A DNA stretch of 64,000 bases. It comes from Bacteroidia bacterium (GTDB lineage Bacteria > Bacteroidota > Bacteroidia > UKL13-3). The position numbers were made by a program, and so were the translations under genes. The stretch covers positions 3,402 through 67,401 of the forward strand of contig JAIOYZ010000022.1 of the NCBI GenBank assembly GCA_021740845.1, in the 5' to 3' direction. Numbering within the stretch: position 1 is the stretch's first letter; each line of letters starts with the position of its first letter. Positions 31,336-40,657 of the stretch are shown piece after piece. The notes below the pieces were generated by a model, which was not told the origin of the DNA, ran no database searches, and saw only the letters and a program-made list of their open reading frames with translations.

Positions 31336-31935
31336 ATGGGTTTAATTCGCTTTTCTCAACGTAAATTAATTGAAGCTGGTTGCGATGAAGCTGGTCGAGG
31401 ATGCTTGGCTGGTCCTGTATTTGCTGCCGCTGTAATTCTTGATCCAAAAAAGAATATCAAGGGTTTAGATGATTCTAAGAAGCTCAATGAAAAAGCAAGA
31501 CAAGAACTTAGGTTAGAAATTGAAGCCAAGGCTATTGGCTTCGCGGTGGCAAGTTTAAGTAATGTGGAAATTGATAAATACAATATTCTTAAATCCTCTT
31601 TTATGGCAATGCACCGTGCTTTAAATATTTTAGAAGTAAGACCAAAGCTTTTATTAATTGACGGAAACCGATTTATTCCTTATCAAAATATATCCCATCA
31701 ATGCGAAATAAAAGGGGATGCCAGATTTCAAGCAATTGCCGCTGCATCAATTTTAGCCAAAACCTACAGGGATGATTTCATGGAAAAGGCGCATAATGAA
31801 TATCCAATGTATCATTGGAATCAAAATAAGGGTTACCCAACCATTAATCATAGAAAGGCAATTAAGGAATTTGGGCCTTGTAAATACCACAGGATGACTT
31901 TCCGTTTGTTAAACGAACAATTGAATTTATTTTAG
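31336..31935 (+). CDS. rnhB: Ribonuclease HII
   Basis: GCDEAGRGCLAGPV, DSKKL, IDGN, KGD, AAASILAK, NKGYPT. Confidence 0.97.
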   Translation: MGLIRFSQRKLIEAGCDEAGRGCLAGPVFAAAVILDPKKNIKGLDDSKKLNEKARQELRLEIEAKAIGFAVASLSNVEIDKYNILKSSFMAMHRALNILEVRPKLLLIDGNRFIPYQNISHQCEIKGDARFQAIAAASILAKTYRDDFMEKAHNEYPMYHWNQNKGYPTINHRKAIKEFGPCKYHRMTFRLLNEQLNLF

Positions 31936-32029
31936 TTTTCGCCTAAATTAATTCTCTGTTATTATTAAGTTAAATTGGTCATTTTGCTCATAAAAGACTA
32001 TTTTGCGAACTTTTAATTTTAACTTGTAC

Positions 32030-32830
32030 ATGTCAGAATTTTTCAAGCATAAAACAATTGTAATAACTGGTGCTTCCTCAGGCATAGGGAAGGCTTTGGC
32101 GTTACAAATGGCGGATGCTGGCGTTACTATAATTCTGGCGGCAAGGAGATTAGAGGAATTGGAATTGGTTCAACAAAATTGCCAAGCAAAAGGTGCCGTT
32201 TGTTATTGCTGGTTTCTTGATGTTGCCTCTCAAGATTCCATTACCGAATTTTCTCAAAAACTACTAGGATTTACCCAAACCGTTGATATTCTGATAAACA
32301 ATGCGGGAATTAGTCAACGTTCACATGCAGAAGAAACTTCAATTGAAGTAGATAGACGAATTATGGAAGTGAATTTCTTTGGGCAAGTTTCTTTAACCAA
32401 AAGCCTTTGGCCCTTGTTATGTAATTCTAAAAGAGCCAATATTGTTTTAATAAGTTCTGTAGTAGGTACTTTTGGTTTTCCTCAACGTAGTGCTTATTCT
32501 GCATCCAAACACGCTCTTGAAGGATTTTTTGAGTCGTGGTTTTTGGAAAATACCCGCGAAAATATTCACTTTACCACCGTTTCTCCTGGTAGAATTCAAA
32601 CCAATATTTCAATGTCGGCTCTAAAAGCAGATGGTACCTCTCACCAAGTAATGGATGATGGGCAATTGAAAGGAATTCCTTCAGAAGTTTGTGCCAATAA
32701 AATCATCAAAGGAATCGTAAAAAATCAACGTAAAATATACGTAGTACAAAACGAAATGGTATTGATAATTTTAAGAAAAGTAATGCCTTTTCTGTTTTTC
32801 AAATTAGTAAAAAAACTTAAACTCTCTTAA
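32030..32830 (+). CDS. Short-chain dehydrogenase/reductase (DHRS7-like)
   Basis: TGASSGIG, NNAG, YSASK. Confidence 0.92.
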   Translation: MSEFFKHKTIVITGASSGIGKALALQMADAGVTIILAARRLEELELVQQNCQAKGAVCYCWFLDVASQDSITEFSQKLLGFTQTVDILINNAGISQRSHAEETSIEVDRRIMEVNFFGQVSLTKSLWPLLCNSKRANIVLISSVVGTFGFPQRSAYSASKHALEGFFESWFLENTRENIHFTTVSPGRIQTNISMSALKADGTSHQVMDDGQLKGIPSEVCANKIIKGIVKNQRKIYVVQNEMVLIILRKVMPFLFFKLVKKLKLS

Positions 32831-32837
32831 TTAGCCC

Positions 32838-33881
32838 ATGGCCTTTATTTCCGGAATTCAACAAATTGGTATTGGATGCCAAAACTCCCCTGAAACATTC
32901 AAATGGTTACGAAAAACGTTTGGAATTAACGTTCAAATATTTGATGATGAAGCCCAAGCACCACTAATGACGCCCTATACCGGCGGTGAAGTTCATAGCA
33001 GAAGAGCTATTTTAGCTATGAACATGAATGGTGGTGGTGGTGCCGAAATATGGCAGTTTACAAGCAGAACATCTTCTCCAAGTCCTATAGTTCAATGGGG
33101 AGATTTAGGAATTAATGCTGTGAAAATGAAAGCCAGCATAGTTCATAAATCCTATGAAAAAATCAATAAGATTCATCCTATTGCTAAACCAGAGTTGGAT
33201 CCAGCTGGAAATGAAGTTTTCTGGGTAAAAGACGAAGCAGGTAACAATTATCAAGTTGTAAAAGATGAGTCTTGGTTCAAAAATGAAATTGAGATGCAAG
33301 GTGGTATTTGTGGAGCCATCATTGGTGTTTCTAATATAGATATCTCCATTGCTTTTTATCAAAATGGATTAGGCGTAAACCAAATTGCCTATGATGTTAC
33401 TGGCAAGTTTAACGACCTAGGTGAAGATAACAAGGATAAAACATTCCGTAGAGCTTTATTAACTTTCAAAAATCCTCAAACAGCGCCCTTTAGCAAACTT
33501 TTGGGTGATATTCAAATTGAATTAATCCAATGTTTAGATAGAGTTCCGATTAAGTTATTTGAAAATCGTTTTTGGGGAGATTTAGGTTTTATTCACCTTT
33601 GCTTTGATGTTCCAAGTATGGAGCGATTGAAGAAAAACCTTGAGAAGTTTAAATATTCTTTTACTGTAGATAGTGGCGATACTTTTGATATGGGTGAATC
33701 TGGAGGTAGGTTTGCTTATGTTGAAGATCCTGATGGAACACTTATAGAAATGGTGGAAACCCATAAAGTTCCCATTATGAAAAAATATGGATGGTACCTA
33801 AATCTTAAGAAAAGAGGTCAAGACAAACCTTTGCCAAATTGGATGGTAAGTTTGATGGGTCTTAATAAGATTAAGGATTAA
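32838..33881 (+). CDS. VOC/glyoxalase family protein (two domains)
   Basis: GIQQIGIG, HLCFDV, EDPDGTLIEMVE. Confidence 0.85.
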   Translation: MAFISGIQQIGIGCQNSPETFKWLRKTFGINVQIFDDEAQAPLMTPYTGGEVHSRRAILAMNMNGGGGAEIWQFTSRTSSPSPIVQWGDLGINAVKMKASIVHKSYEKINKIHPIAKPELDPAGNEVFWVKDEAGNNYQVVKDESWFKNEIEMQGGICGAIIGVSNIDISIAFYQNGLGVNQIAYDVTGKFNDLGEDNKDKTFRRALLTFKNPQTAPFSKLLGDIQIELIQCLDRVPIKLFENRFWGDLGFIHLCFDVPSMERLKKNLEKFKYSFTVDSGDTFDMGESGGRFAYVEDPDGTLIEMVETHKVPIMKKYGWYLNLKKRGQDKPLPNWMVSLMGLNKIKD

Positions 33882-34836
33882 AAATCGCTCCTAATAACAA
33901 TCCCAAGATTATTAAGTAAACTGGCCACAGAAATAAAACCAATCCAAATAATATTGAATCGAAAAATAAGGGTTGTTTAATAATTTTAGGCGCAAGCCAT
34001 TTGCTTAAAAAATACAAGGGAGCAAATAAAATGCTGTAAACAATAAAGGCAGGCTCTCTTAACTTGTTTTGGGAAGTTTCAATAGATTTAAGCGATTGAA
34101 TTATCTCCGAATTAGATTTATTTTCCTTCACAGCCTTTTGAAACTTTTTACGAAAATCTTGGTGCTCTAAACTTCCTTCAACTAAATTTGGATTTACATA
34201 AATTAAATCCTCCAAGCTATTGGAAATTTTCTCATTAAATTTTTTAACAAATAAAGCTTCATTTTCTATTTCAATTAACGATTCCCTTCCAAATGGCTTG
34301 CCGATATTTATTAATAGATTCTTTCCAATTCCAGTATAATGCTCATAGGTTAATCCAATAGGAATAATAACTAAATCTTTAGCTGGTGTCTGGCTATTCC
34401 AGGCTTTAATGGCGATTCTTGCTGGCCCCTTTTTTAAGGATCTCAAAGCCCAATTATTTTCACTTAAACCCTCCGCAAAAATAATTACTACCTTGTTTTC
34501 TTCTAGTATATTCTGGCAAGAATCAAATGTTTCAGAGTTCTTATTTAGGTTTTCTTTTCCTTCAGATAAACGGTAAACAGGTAACATGTTCAACGATTTC
34601 AAAATTGGTAAGGTGAACTTGTTTTTAAAAGCATCGCCTCTCGCCAAAAAATGGGTTGGTCTATTAATTGCCGCTCCAACAATTACAGCGTCCAAAAATG
34701 AGTTAGGGTGATTTATTGCCAATAAAACAGGTTTGTCTTTAGGAATGTTCTCCATGCCATTCACAAGAACATTATTATATAAAAGGTGAAAAATTAACCT
34801 CGTATTATATTTGCAATAGTTGTAAAAAATACCCAT
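33871..34836 (-). CDS. PlsC-family acyltransferase
   Basis: NHPNSFLD (HX4D), IFAEG, KKGPARIA, C-terminal TM. Confidence 0.88.
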   Translation of the reverse strand: MGIFYNYCKYNTRLIFHLLYNNVLVNGMENIPKDKPVLLAINHPNSFLDAVIVGAAINRPTHFLARGDAFKNKFTLPILKSLNMLPVYRLSEGKENLNKNSETFDSCQNILEENKVVIIFAEGLSENNWALRSLKKGPARIAIKAWNSQTPAKDLVIIPIGLTYEHYTGIGKNLLINIGKPFGRESLIEIENEALFVKKFNEKISNSLEDLIYVNPNLVEGSLEHQDFRKKFQKAVKENKSNSEIIQSLKSIETSQNKLREPAFIVYSILFAPLYFLSKWLAPKIIKQPLFFDSILFGLVLFLWPVYLIILGLLLGAIFNP

Positions 34837-34848
34837 TCACAATAGTAA

Positions 34849-35604
34849 TTAAGTTTCCTCATTCAGCCAAATTCTGTAGGCTTCATCAGCTTGTAAATGC
34901 AGCATTTCCAATCCGTTTTTTATCACTGCTCCTCGTTTTTCCGATTCTAATAAGAATTTCGTTTTCTCAGGTAAATAAATCAAATCAAAGCAAAAATGCT
35001 TGTCCGAAAGTCCTTCAAATGGAATTATTAAACTTTCATTTTCATTAGGAAACATGCCAACTGGTGTAGTTTGAATAAGCAGTTTATGAGCCCTAATAAT
35101 TTCCTTTGTCAACGCATCGTAATTCCAACTATTCTCAATCTTATTGGTTTTTCTAGTCACTTGTGAATAGGTAATTCCAATAGCATTTAATACAGCAATT
35201 ACTGCTTTTGCCGCTCCTCCATCTCCTAAAACAAGGGCTTTTAAATTTCGGTTTGAACCAATAAAGTTTTCCAACGATTTCTTGAATCCATAAAAATCGG
35301 TGTTAAACCCAGTTTTTTTACCATTATTGCTGATTTGAATGCAATTAACTGCCCCACATAATTTTGCACTCTCATCCAATTTATCCAAAAACGGAATAAC
35401 CAATGTTTTGTATGGGCGAGTTACATTCAATCCTTTTAAGTTTTTATGATTTTGGAAAATTTCCTTTAGCTCATCTATGGATTTTATTTCGAAATTTTGA
35501 TACGAATAGGGGAGTTTGTTTGCAAAGAACTTCGATTCAAAATAATTTTTTGAAAAGGTGTTTTTTAAAGGAAATCCAATAAGTCCAAATTCTTTTTCTT
35601 GCAT
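34849..35604 (-). CDS. aroE: Shikimate dehydrogenase
   Basis: NVTRPYK, GAVNC, GFNTD, GDGGAAKA, DLIY, NGLEML..QA. Confidence 0.92.
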   Translation of the reverse strand: MQEKEFGLIGFPLKNTFSKNYFESKFFANKLPYSYQNFEIKSIDELKEIFQNHKNLKGLNVTRPYKTLVIPFLDKLDESAKLCGAVNCIQISNNGKKTGFNTDFYGFKKSLENFIGSNRNLKALVLGDGGAAKAVIAVLNAIGITYSQVTRKTNKIENSWNYDALTKEIIRAHKLLIQTTPVGMFPNENESLIIPFEGLSDKHFCFDLIYLPEKTKFLLESEKRGAVIKNGLEMLHLQADEAYRIWLNEET

Positions 35605-35663
35605 CTGGCAAGCAAAATAATGTTTTTTTTTTACTCTCTATTTGGCAATAATTACATTAGTCG

Positions 35664-35697
35664 AAACATATTTTTAGATTAATCTAAAAATATGTTT
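35664..35697. promoter_or_regulatory. Perfect 34-bp palindrome, probable DtxR/MntR-type metal-responsive operator
   Basis: AAACATATTTTTAGATT|AATCTAAAAATATGTTT over the -33 region of the TonB receptor promoter. Confidence 0.7.
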
Positions 35698-35729
35698 TGT
35701 ACTTTCTAAAAAATGTTCATTTTTGCAGG

Positions 35730-37970
35730 GTGAAATATTTGTTAGGACTTATTCTTATTTTTTCAATTGCCAATGTTTACGGCAATAAAATTACCATTTC
35801 CGGTCGCGTAATTTCCGATAGAGGTTTTGTTTCTGAGGCAAGTATTACACTTTTGCCCAGCCAAAAACACGCATTAAGCAGTGAAAACGGGCAGTTTTTA
35901 TTTACTAATTTATTTCCTGGTAATTATCAAATTCAAATTGCTGCAATTGGTTTCCAAAATAAAGTACTGTTGCTAGAAAATCTTATAATGGATACTTTGT
36001 TAAATATCTATCTTGTTCCTCTAATGGGCGAATTGCAAGAATTAACCATCCACGGAAATGCCGGTGGAAGAATTAAATCTACTTCTCCAGCACCAATTGA
36101 GATTTTTGGAAAGAAATTCCTTCAGAAAAATGCTAGCAATAATTTGTTCGAGTCTTTGCAATTAATAAACGGAGTTCAACCAACTATAAACTGCAACGTT
36201 TGCAATACTGGAGAAATTAGGATTAATGGTTTGGATGGTCCTTATACATTAATTCTAATCGACGGAATGCCAATTGTAAGTTCCTTATCGTCTGTTTATG
36301 GATTAAATGGAATTCCTACCAGTTTAATAGAGCGTATTGAGATTGCCAAAGGCGTTGGTGAGAGCATCTATTCTAGCGAATCTGCTGCTGGAACCATTAA
36401 TATCATAACCAAACTTCCTCGCAATTCTTCTAAGTTTAATTTGGATTTTAAAACCTCAAGCTACTTCGAAAATAACTTGGATTTAGGCTTTGCCAAATCT
36501 CATGGAAAAATCGATTTTCTTCTTAGTTCCAATCTTTTCTATTTCAATAATCGTATCGACATAAATTCTGATAATTTCACAGATATTACCTTGCAAAAAA
36601 GGGCATCCCTTTTCTCCAAAATTCAATGGAATAGGAGTGCAGAACTAAGTTCACAATTTGCAGCTAGAGTTTTTTATGAAAATAGGTTTGGAGGAGAAAT
36701 GCAATGGACTCCTGAGTTTAGAGGTGGAGACAGTATTTATGGAGAGTCTATATATACCAAGCGTTTGGAGGTTTTAGCTAAGCACCCATTTTTTATAGGC
36801 TCCCAAAAATTAGATTACCATATTTCCTTTAATAGCCACAATCAAAATTCAGCATACGGATCCAATAATTTTCTTGCTCAACAAACTACTTTTTTTAACC
36901 AACTTCTTTATCAAAAAAAGATAAATATCAAGCACCAAGCAAAATTAGGAGCAACTTTCCGTTATGTTTTTTACGACGATAATTCTGGGGCAACCGCAAA
37001 TTCTTCTTCACTTCAAAACACTGTAGTTCCAGGTGTTTTTGCTCAAGACGAATGGAATCTTAATGAGAAAAATTCATTTTTATTGGGTTCAAGATTAGAT
37101 TATTATTCTGCTCATGGTTGGGTCTATTCTCCTAGAATTCATTATAAATTATTATTTGGTTCGAACCAAACCTTGCGATTGAGTTTGGGGAATGGATTTA
37201 GGGTGGTGAATATTTTTACCGAGGACCATGCAGCTTTAACAGGAGCTAGAGAAGTTATTTTGAAAGGACAGATAAAACCCGAAAAGAGTTGGAATGGAAA
37301 CCTACAATATTCTAAATTTAAGAATAAAAAAAAGGGTTTTTTCGAATGGGATTTGAATGCTTTTTATTCCTATTTCACCAATAAAATTATTCCAGATTAT
37401 ACTACTAATGCAAATCAAATAATTTACGCCAATACAAATGGTTTTGCTGTTTCTAGAGGAATTTCTGCAAATTTGGAAGCCACATTTTCATTTCCTTTAA
37501 AAGTAGATATCGGCTTTACTTGGATGCAAGTTTATTCTAAATCACAAGATTCATTGGGTGTTTATAGTAAACAAAATCAAATTCATGCTCCAGGATTTTC
37601 CTCCAATTTTTTACTTTCCTACCAAATAATAAAATGGAATTTAACTGTGGATTATACGGGTCAAATTTTTGGGCCTATGCGCATGCCTATTTTGCCAAAT
37701 GATTTTAGACCAGAATATTCTCCTTGGTATTCATTGCAAAACATTCAATTCACCAAAAAGTGGAATTCTACTTTTGAAATCTATTGTGGAGTGAAAAATC
37801 TCGGTAATTTCCTGCCCAAAAATCCCATCCTTCGTTGGTGGGATCCCTTTGATAAGCAGGCTTTAGATTCAACCCAAAATCCCAATGGATATACTTTTGA
37901 TCCTAATTACAACTATGCGCCAATGCAAGCCAGAAGAGTATTTGTAGGGCTACGATATACTCTTAAATAA
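35730..37970 (+). CDS. TonB-dependent receptor, probable metal uptake
   Basis: Carboxypeptidase-like N-domain, plug NCNVCNT/IRINGL/LIDGMP/IERIEIAKG/GTINIITK, terminal GLRYTLK; probable GTG start at 35730. Confidence 0.92.
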   Translation: MKYLLGLILIFSIANVYGNKITISGRVISDRGFVSEASITLLPSQKHALSSENGQFLFTNLFPGNYQIQIAAIGFQNKVLLLENLIMDTLLNIYLVPLMGELQELTIHGNAGGRIKSTSPAPIEIFGKKFLQKNASNNLFESLQLINGVQPTINCNVCNTGEIRINGLDGPYTLILIDGMPIVSSLSSVYGLNGIPTSLIERIEIAKGVGESIYSSESAAGTINIITKLPRNSSKFNLDFKTSSYFENNLDLGFAKSHGKIDFLLSSNLFYFNNRIDINSDNFTDITLQKRASLFSKIQWNRSAELSSQFAARVFYENRFGGEMQWTPEFRGGDSIYGESIYTKRLEVLAKHPFFIGSQKLDYHISFNSHNQNSAYGSNNFLAQQTTFFNQLLYQKKINIKHQAKLGATFRYVFYDDNSGATANSSSLQNTVVPGVFAQDEWNLNEKNSFLLGSRLDYYSAHGWVYSPRIHYKLLFGSNQTLRLSLGNGFRVVNIFTEDHAALTGAREVILKGQIKPEKSWNGNLQYSKFKNKKKGFFEWDLNAFYSYFTNKIIPDYTTNANQIIYANTNGFAVSRGISANLEATFSFPLKVDIGFTWMQVYSKSQDSLGVYSKQNQIHAPGFSSNFLLSYQIIKWNLTVDYTGQIFGPMRMPILPNDFRPEYSPWYSLQNIQFTKKWNSTFEIYCGVKNLGNFLPKNPILRWWDPFDKQALDSTQNPNGYTFDPNYNYAPMQARRVFVGLRYTLK

Positions 37971-37971
37971 A

Positions 37972-38604
37972 TTAGCGCATTTGAGCATTTTTTAGCTTCA
38001 ATACCTTGTTAAATTCTTTGTTCATTTTCTGTATTGCACCTAACATTTCTTCTCTTCCTCTCTTATCAAGTGAAGAGGTAACATATATCTCTGGTAATTC
38101 TTCCCAAGCCTCTAACATTGTTTCTTTAAATTGAGCAATGTTTTTTTCTGCTTCTGCATTCTTTAGTTTATCCAATTTAGTGAATACAATTTGAAAAGGA
38201 ATTCCTTTTTCTCCTAATTGATTGATAAACTCTAAATCTTTTTCTTGCGGCTCAATTCTAGAATCAATTAAAACAAATAGGTTCACCAAAGGGTCTCTTT
38301 TTTCTAGGTAATTCCAAAGAGTCTTCTCCCAAGATGCTCTCAAATCCTTTGATCTTTTTGCATATCCATAACCTGGCAAATCCACCACAAACCACTCTTC
38401 ATTTACAGAAAAGAAATTCATAGTAATAGTTTTCCCTGGTGTTCCAGAAGTTCTTGCAAGCTCTCTTCTTTGCAGAAGCATATTAATGAGCGAAGATTTG
38501 CCAACATTACTTCTACCAATAAAGGCATATTCTGGAAGTTCTGTTTTAGGGCAATCCTTAAGGCTGGCTGCGCTGGTTTTAAATGCTGCTGAAATAATAT
38601 CCAT
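37972..38604 (-). CDS. engB: Ribosome biogenesis GTPase YihA/YsxC
   Basis: GRSNVGKSSLIN, TPGKT, DLPGYGYA, TKLDK. Confidence 0.97.
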   Translation of the reverse strand: MDIISAAFKTSAASLKDCPKTELPEYAFIGRSNVGKSSLINMLLQRRELARTSGTPGKTITMNFFSVNEEWFVVDLPGYGYAKRSKDLRASWEKTLWNYLEKRDPLVNLFVLIDSRIEPQEKDLEFINQLGEKGIPFQIVFTKLDKLKNAEAEKNIAQFKETMLEAWEELPEIYVTSSLDKRGREEMLGAIQKMNKEFNKVLKLKNAQMR

Positions 38605-38627
38605 TTGGCAAAAATAGGCAAATAAAC

Positions 38628-39443
38628 TTATGCTTCTATGGTTTGAACCAAATGGCCGATTAACTTTGTCATATTAGGTTCTGCCTTTCCAGCGGCTTGT
38701 AAAACATCTTCCAAGCTTATTTTCTTAATCATACCAGGTACTCCCAAATCTGTAATCACAGAAACTGCAAATACTTTCATTCCCATATGTCGGGCAACAA
38801 TATTTTCTGGAACTGTACTCATTCCTACAGTATCTCCTCCAATAATTCTTAAGTATTTGTATTCTGCGGGTGTTTCCAAAGTTGGTCCTTGAACCACAAC
38901 ATAAACACCTTCTTGCACTTTTATTCCCAATTCACTCGCAAGCATTTTTGCTTTATCTATGAGTTTTTTATCATAGGCATCGCTCATATCTGGAAAACGA
39001 GGCCCAAACCTTTCGTCGTTTTTTCCTCTTAAAGGATGTTCTGGCAAAAGATTAATGTGATCCGTAATAATCATCAAATCACTTACTTCAAAGTCTGGGT
39101 TCAAACCTCCAGATGCATTTGAAATAATAAGATGCGAAATGCCTAATTGTTTCATTACTCTAATTGGTAGAGTAACTTCCTGCATAGAGTATCCTTCGTA
39201 ATAATGAAATCTTCCTTGCATTACCACCACTGGAACTTTGTTGAGGGTACCAAATAATAATCTTCCTTGGTGACTTTCTACTGTACTAACTGGGAAATTG
39301 GGAATTTCTCCATAAGGAATACTATGAGTTATTTCTAAATCATTTACCAAAGCACCTAAGCCTGTTCCTAAGATAATTCCTATTTTTGCCCCGTTCTTAT
39401 ATGCTTCAAGAAATTGGGTTGATTGCTCTATTTTGCTGTACAT
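38628..39443 (-). CDS. punA: Purine-nucleoside phosphorylase (trimeric type)
   Basis: ILGTGLG, STVESH, GRFHYYEG, GPTLETPAE, VGMSTVPE; start set at MYSKIE. Confidence 0.93.
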   Translation of the reverse strand: MYSKIEQSTQFLEAYKNGAKIGIILGTGLGALVNDLEITHSIPYGEIPNFPVSTVESHQGRLLFGTLNKVPVVVMQGRFHYYEGYSMQEVTLPIRVMKQLGISHLIISNASGGLNPDFEVSDLMIITDHINLLPEHPLRGKNDERFGPRFPDMSDAYDKKLIDKAKMLASELGIKVQEGVYVVVQGPTLETPAEYKYLRIIGGDTVGMSTVPENIVARHMGMKVFAVSVITDLGVPGMIKKISLEDVLQAAGKAEPNMTKLIGHLVQTIEA

Positions 39444-40470
39444 ATTCATTAATTTTTTTATCAAATACCTCTCCATCGCCTTCCAGAAAACTTACCTCAA
39501 TAGGTAAATAAAATATGGGCAGGTCTTTTAACAAATAGGCAAAAGACGACTGTAGAATTTTTTGATAATCTTTCTCTGTCGAAACAATAATTTTTTTGTC
39601 ACTCTGCAAATGATTAAACTCATCTATTAAAAGATGGATATCCTTTTCGGTAAAAGCATGGTGGTCTGGAAATTTTTTGAGGTTTACTTTTTTAGCTATT
39701 GTTTTCAAATAAGCTTCAAAATGTTGAGTATTGGCAATTCCCGAAAAGGCTAAAATTTCATTTGTTTCTTCCATTTTTACCTGCGGGTAATAAGATATTA
39801 AATCGCCATATTTAATGCAGGAGAAGAATAAACTTTGGTGCTCAAATGGATTAATTTTTTTTCGAATCAAGGCCTTTTCTTCACCACTTAATTTGGGATT
39901 ACATTTGGTAACAACTATTATATCGGCTCTTTTATAGGCAGATTTATACTCTCTTAAATAACCGGAAGGTACAAGAAAATCATCTGTAAATAGTTTTCCT
40001 TCTTCTGTAAGTAAGATATTGAGTCCTGGTGAAATTGCTCTGTGTTGATAGGCATCATCCAGAAGCACTACTTCTGTTTCTGGCGCATCAAATAATAAAT
40101 TAGGTAGACCTAAAACTCTGCTTTCTGCAACTCCCAATGCTATTTGAGGAAATTTATTAAAAATTTGAAAAGGCTCATCCCCAATACTAAAAACCGTTGC
40201 TTGTTCATTTGCAAATTGATAACCTATTGTTTTTCTTTTATATCCTCTACTCAAAACTCCAACACGATACGACTTTTGCAAAAGACGAATTAAATATTCG
40301 ATATGAGGCGTCTTGCCTGTCCCTCCAAAGGCTAAATTCCCTACATTAATAGTTGGAATATCAAATTCTGTTATTCCAAAAATTTCTTTTTCGTAGAGAT
40401 AATTCCTAAATCTTAAAACACCTTCATAGAGCAAAGAAATTGGAAGTAAAATGTATTGAAATGCTTTCAA
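39406..40470 (-). CDS. lpxK: Tetraacyldisaccharide 4'-kinase
   Basis: VGNLAFGGTGKTP, LSRGYKR, GDEP, LDDAYQHR, FPDHH, TEKD; start uncertain (TTG 40470 or ATG 40521). Confidence 0.95.
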   Translation of the reverse strand: MKAFQYILLPISLLYEGVLRFRNYLYEKEIFGITEFDIPTINVGNLAFGGTGKTPHIEYLIRLLQKSYRVGVLSRGYKRKTIGYQFANEQATVFSIGDEPFQIFNKFPQIALGVAESRVLGLPNLLFDAPETEVVLLDDAYQHRAISPGLNILLTEEGKLFTDDFLVPSGYLREYKSAYKRADIIVVTKCNPKLSGEEKALIRKKINPFEHQSLFFSCIKYGDLISYYPQVKMEETNEILAFSGIANTQHFEAYLKTIAKKVNLKKFPDHHAFTEKDIHLLIDEFNHLQSDKKIIVSTEKDYQKILQSSFAYLLKDLPIFYLPIEVSFLEGDGEVFDKKINEYVQQNRAINPIS

Positions 40471-40657
40471 ATTTGACAAGATATTAGAATTGCAAATTGA
40501 ATGAAATCCTTTAAAAAGCATGAATAATTGAAATATTGTGTCCTAATTGGTTCATTATTTGTTTGTTAGGTTATTTCGTTGTGGATACTTATCTTCGCGC
40601 TCGGTTTTTTAGGCCTAAGGAATACCTAACTTTGATGCCCCAACATTAGAATTGAAC

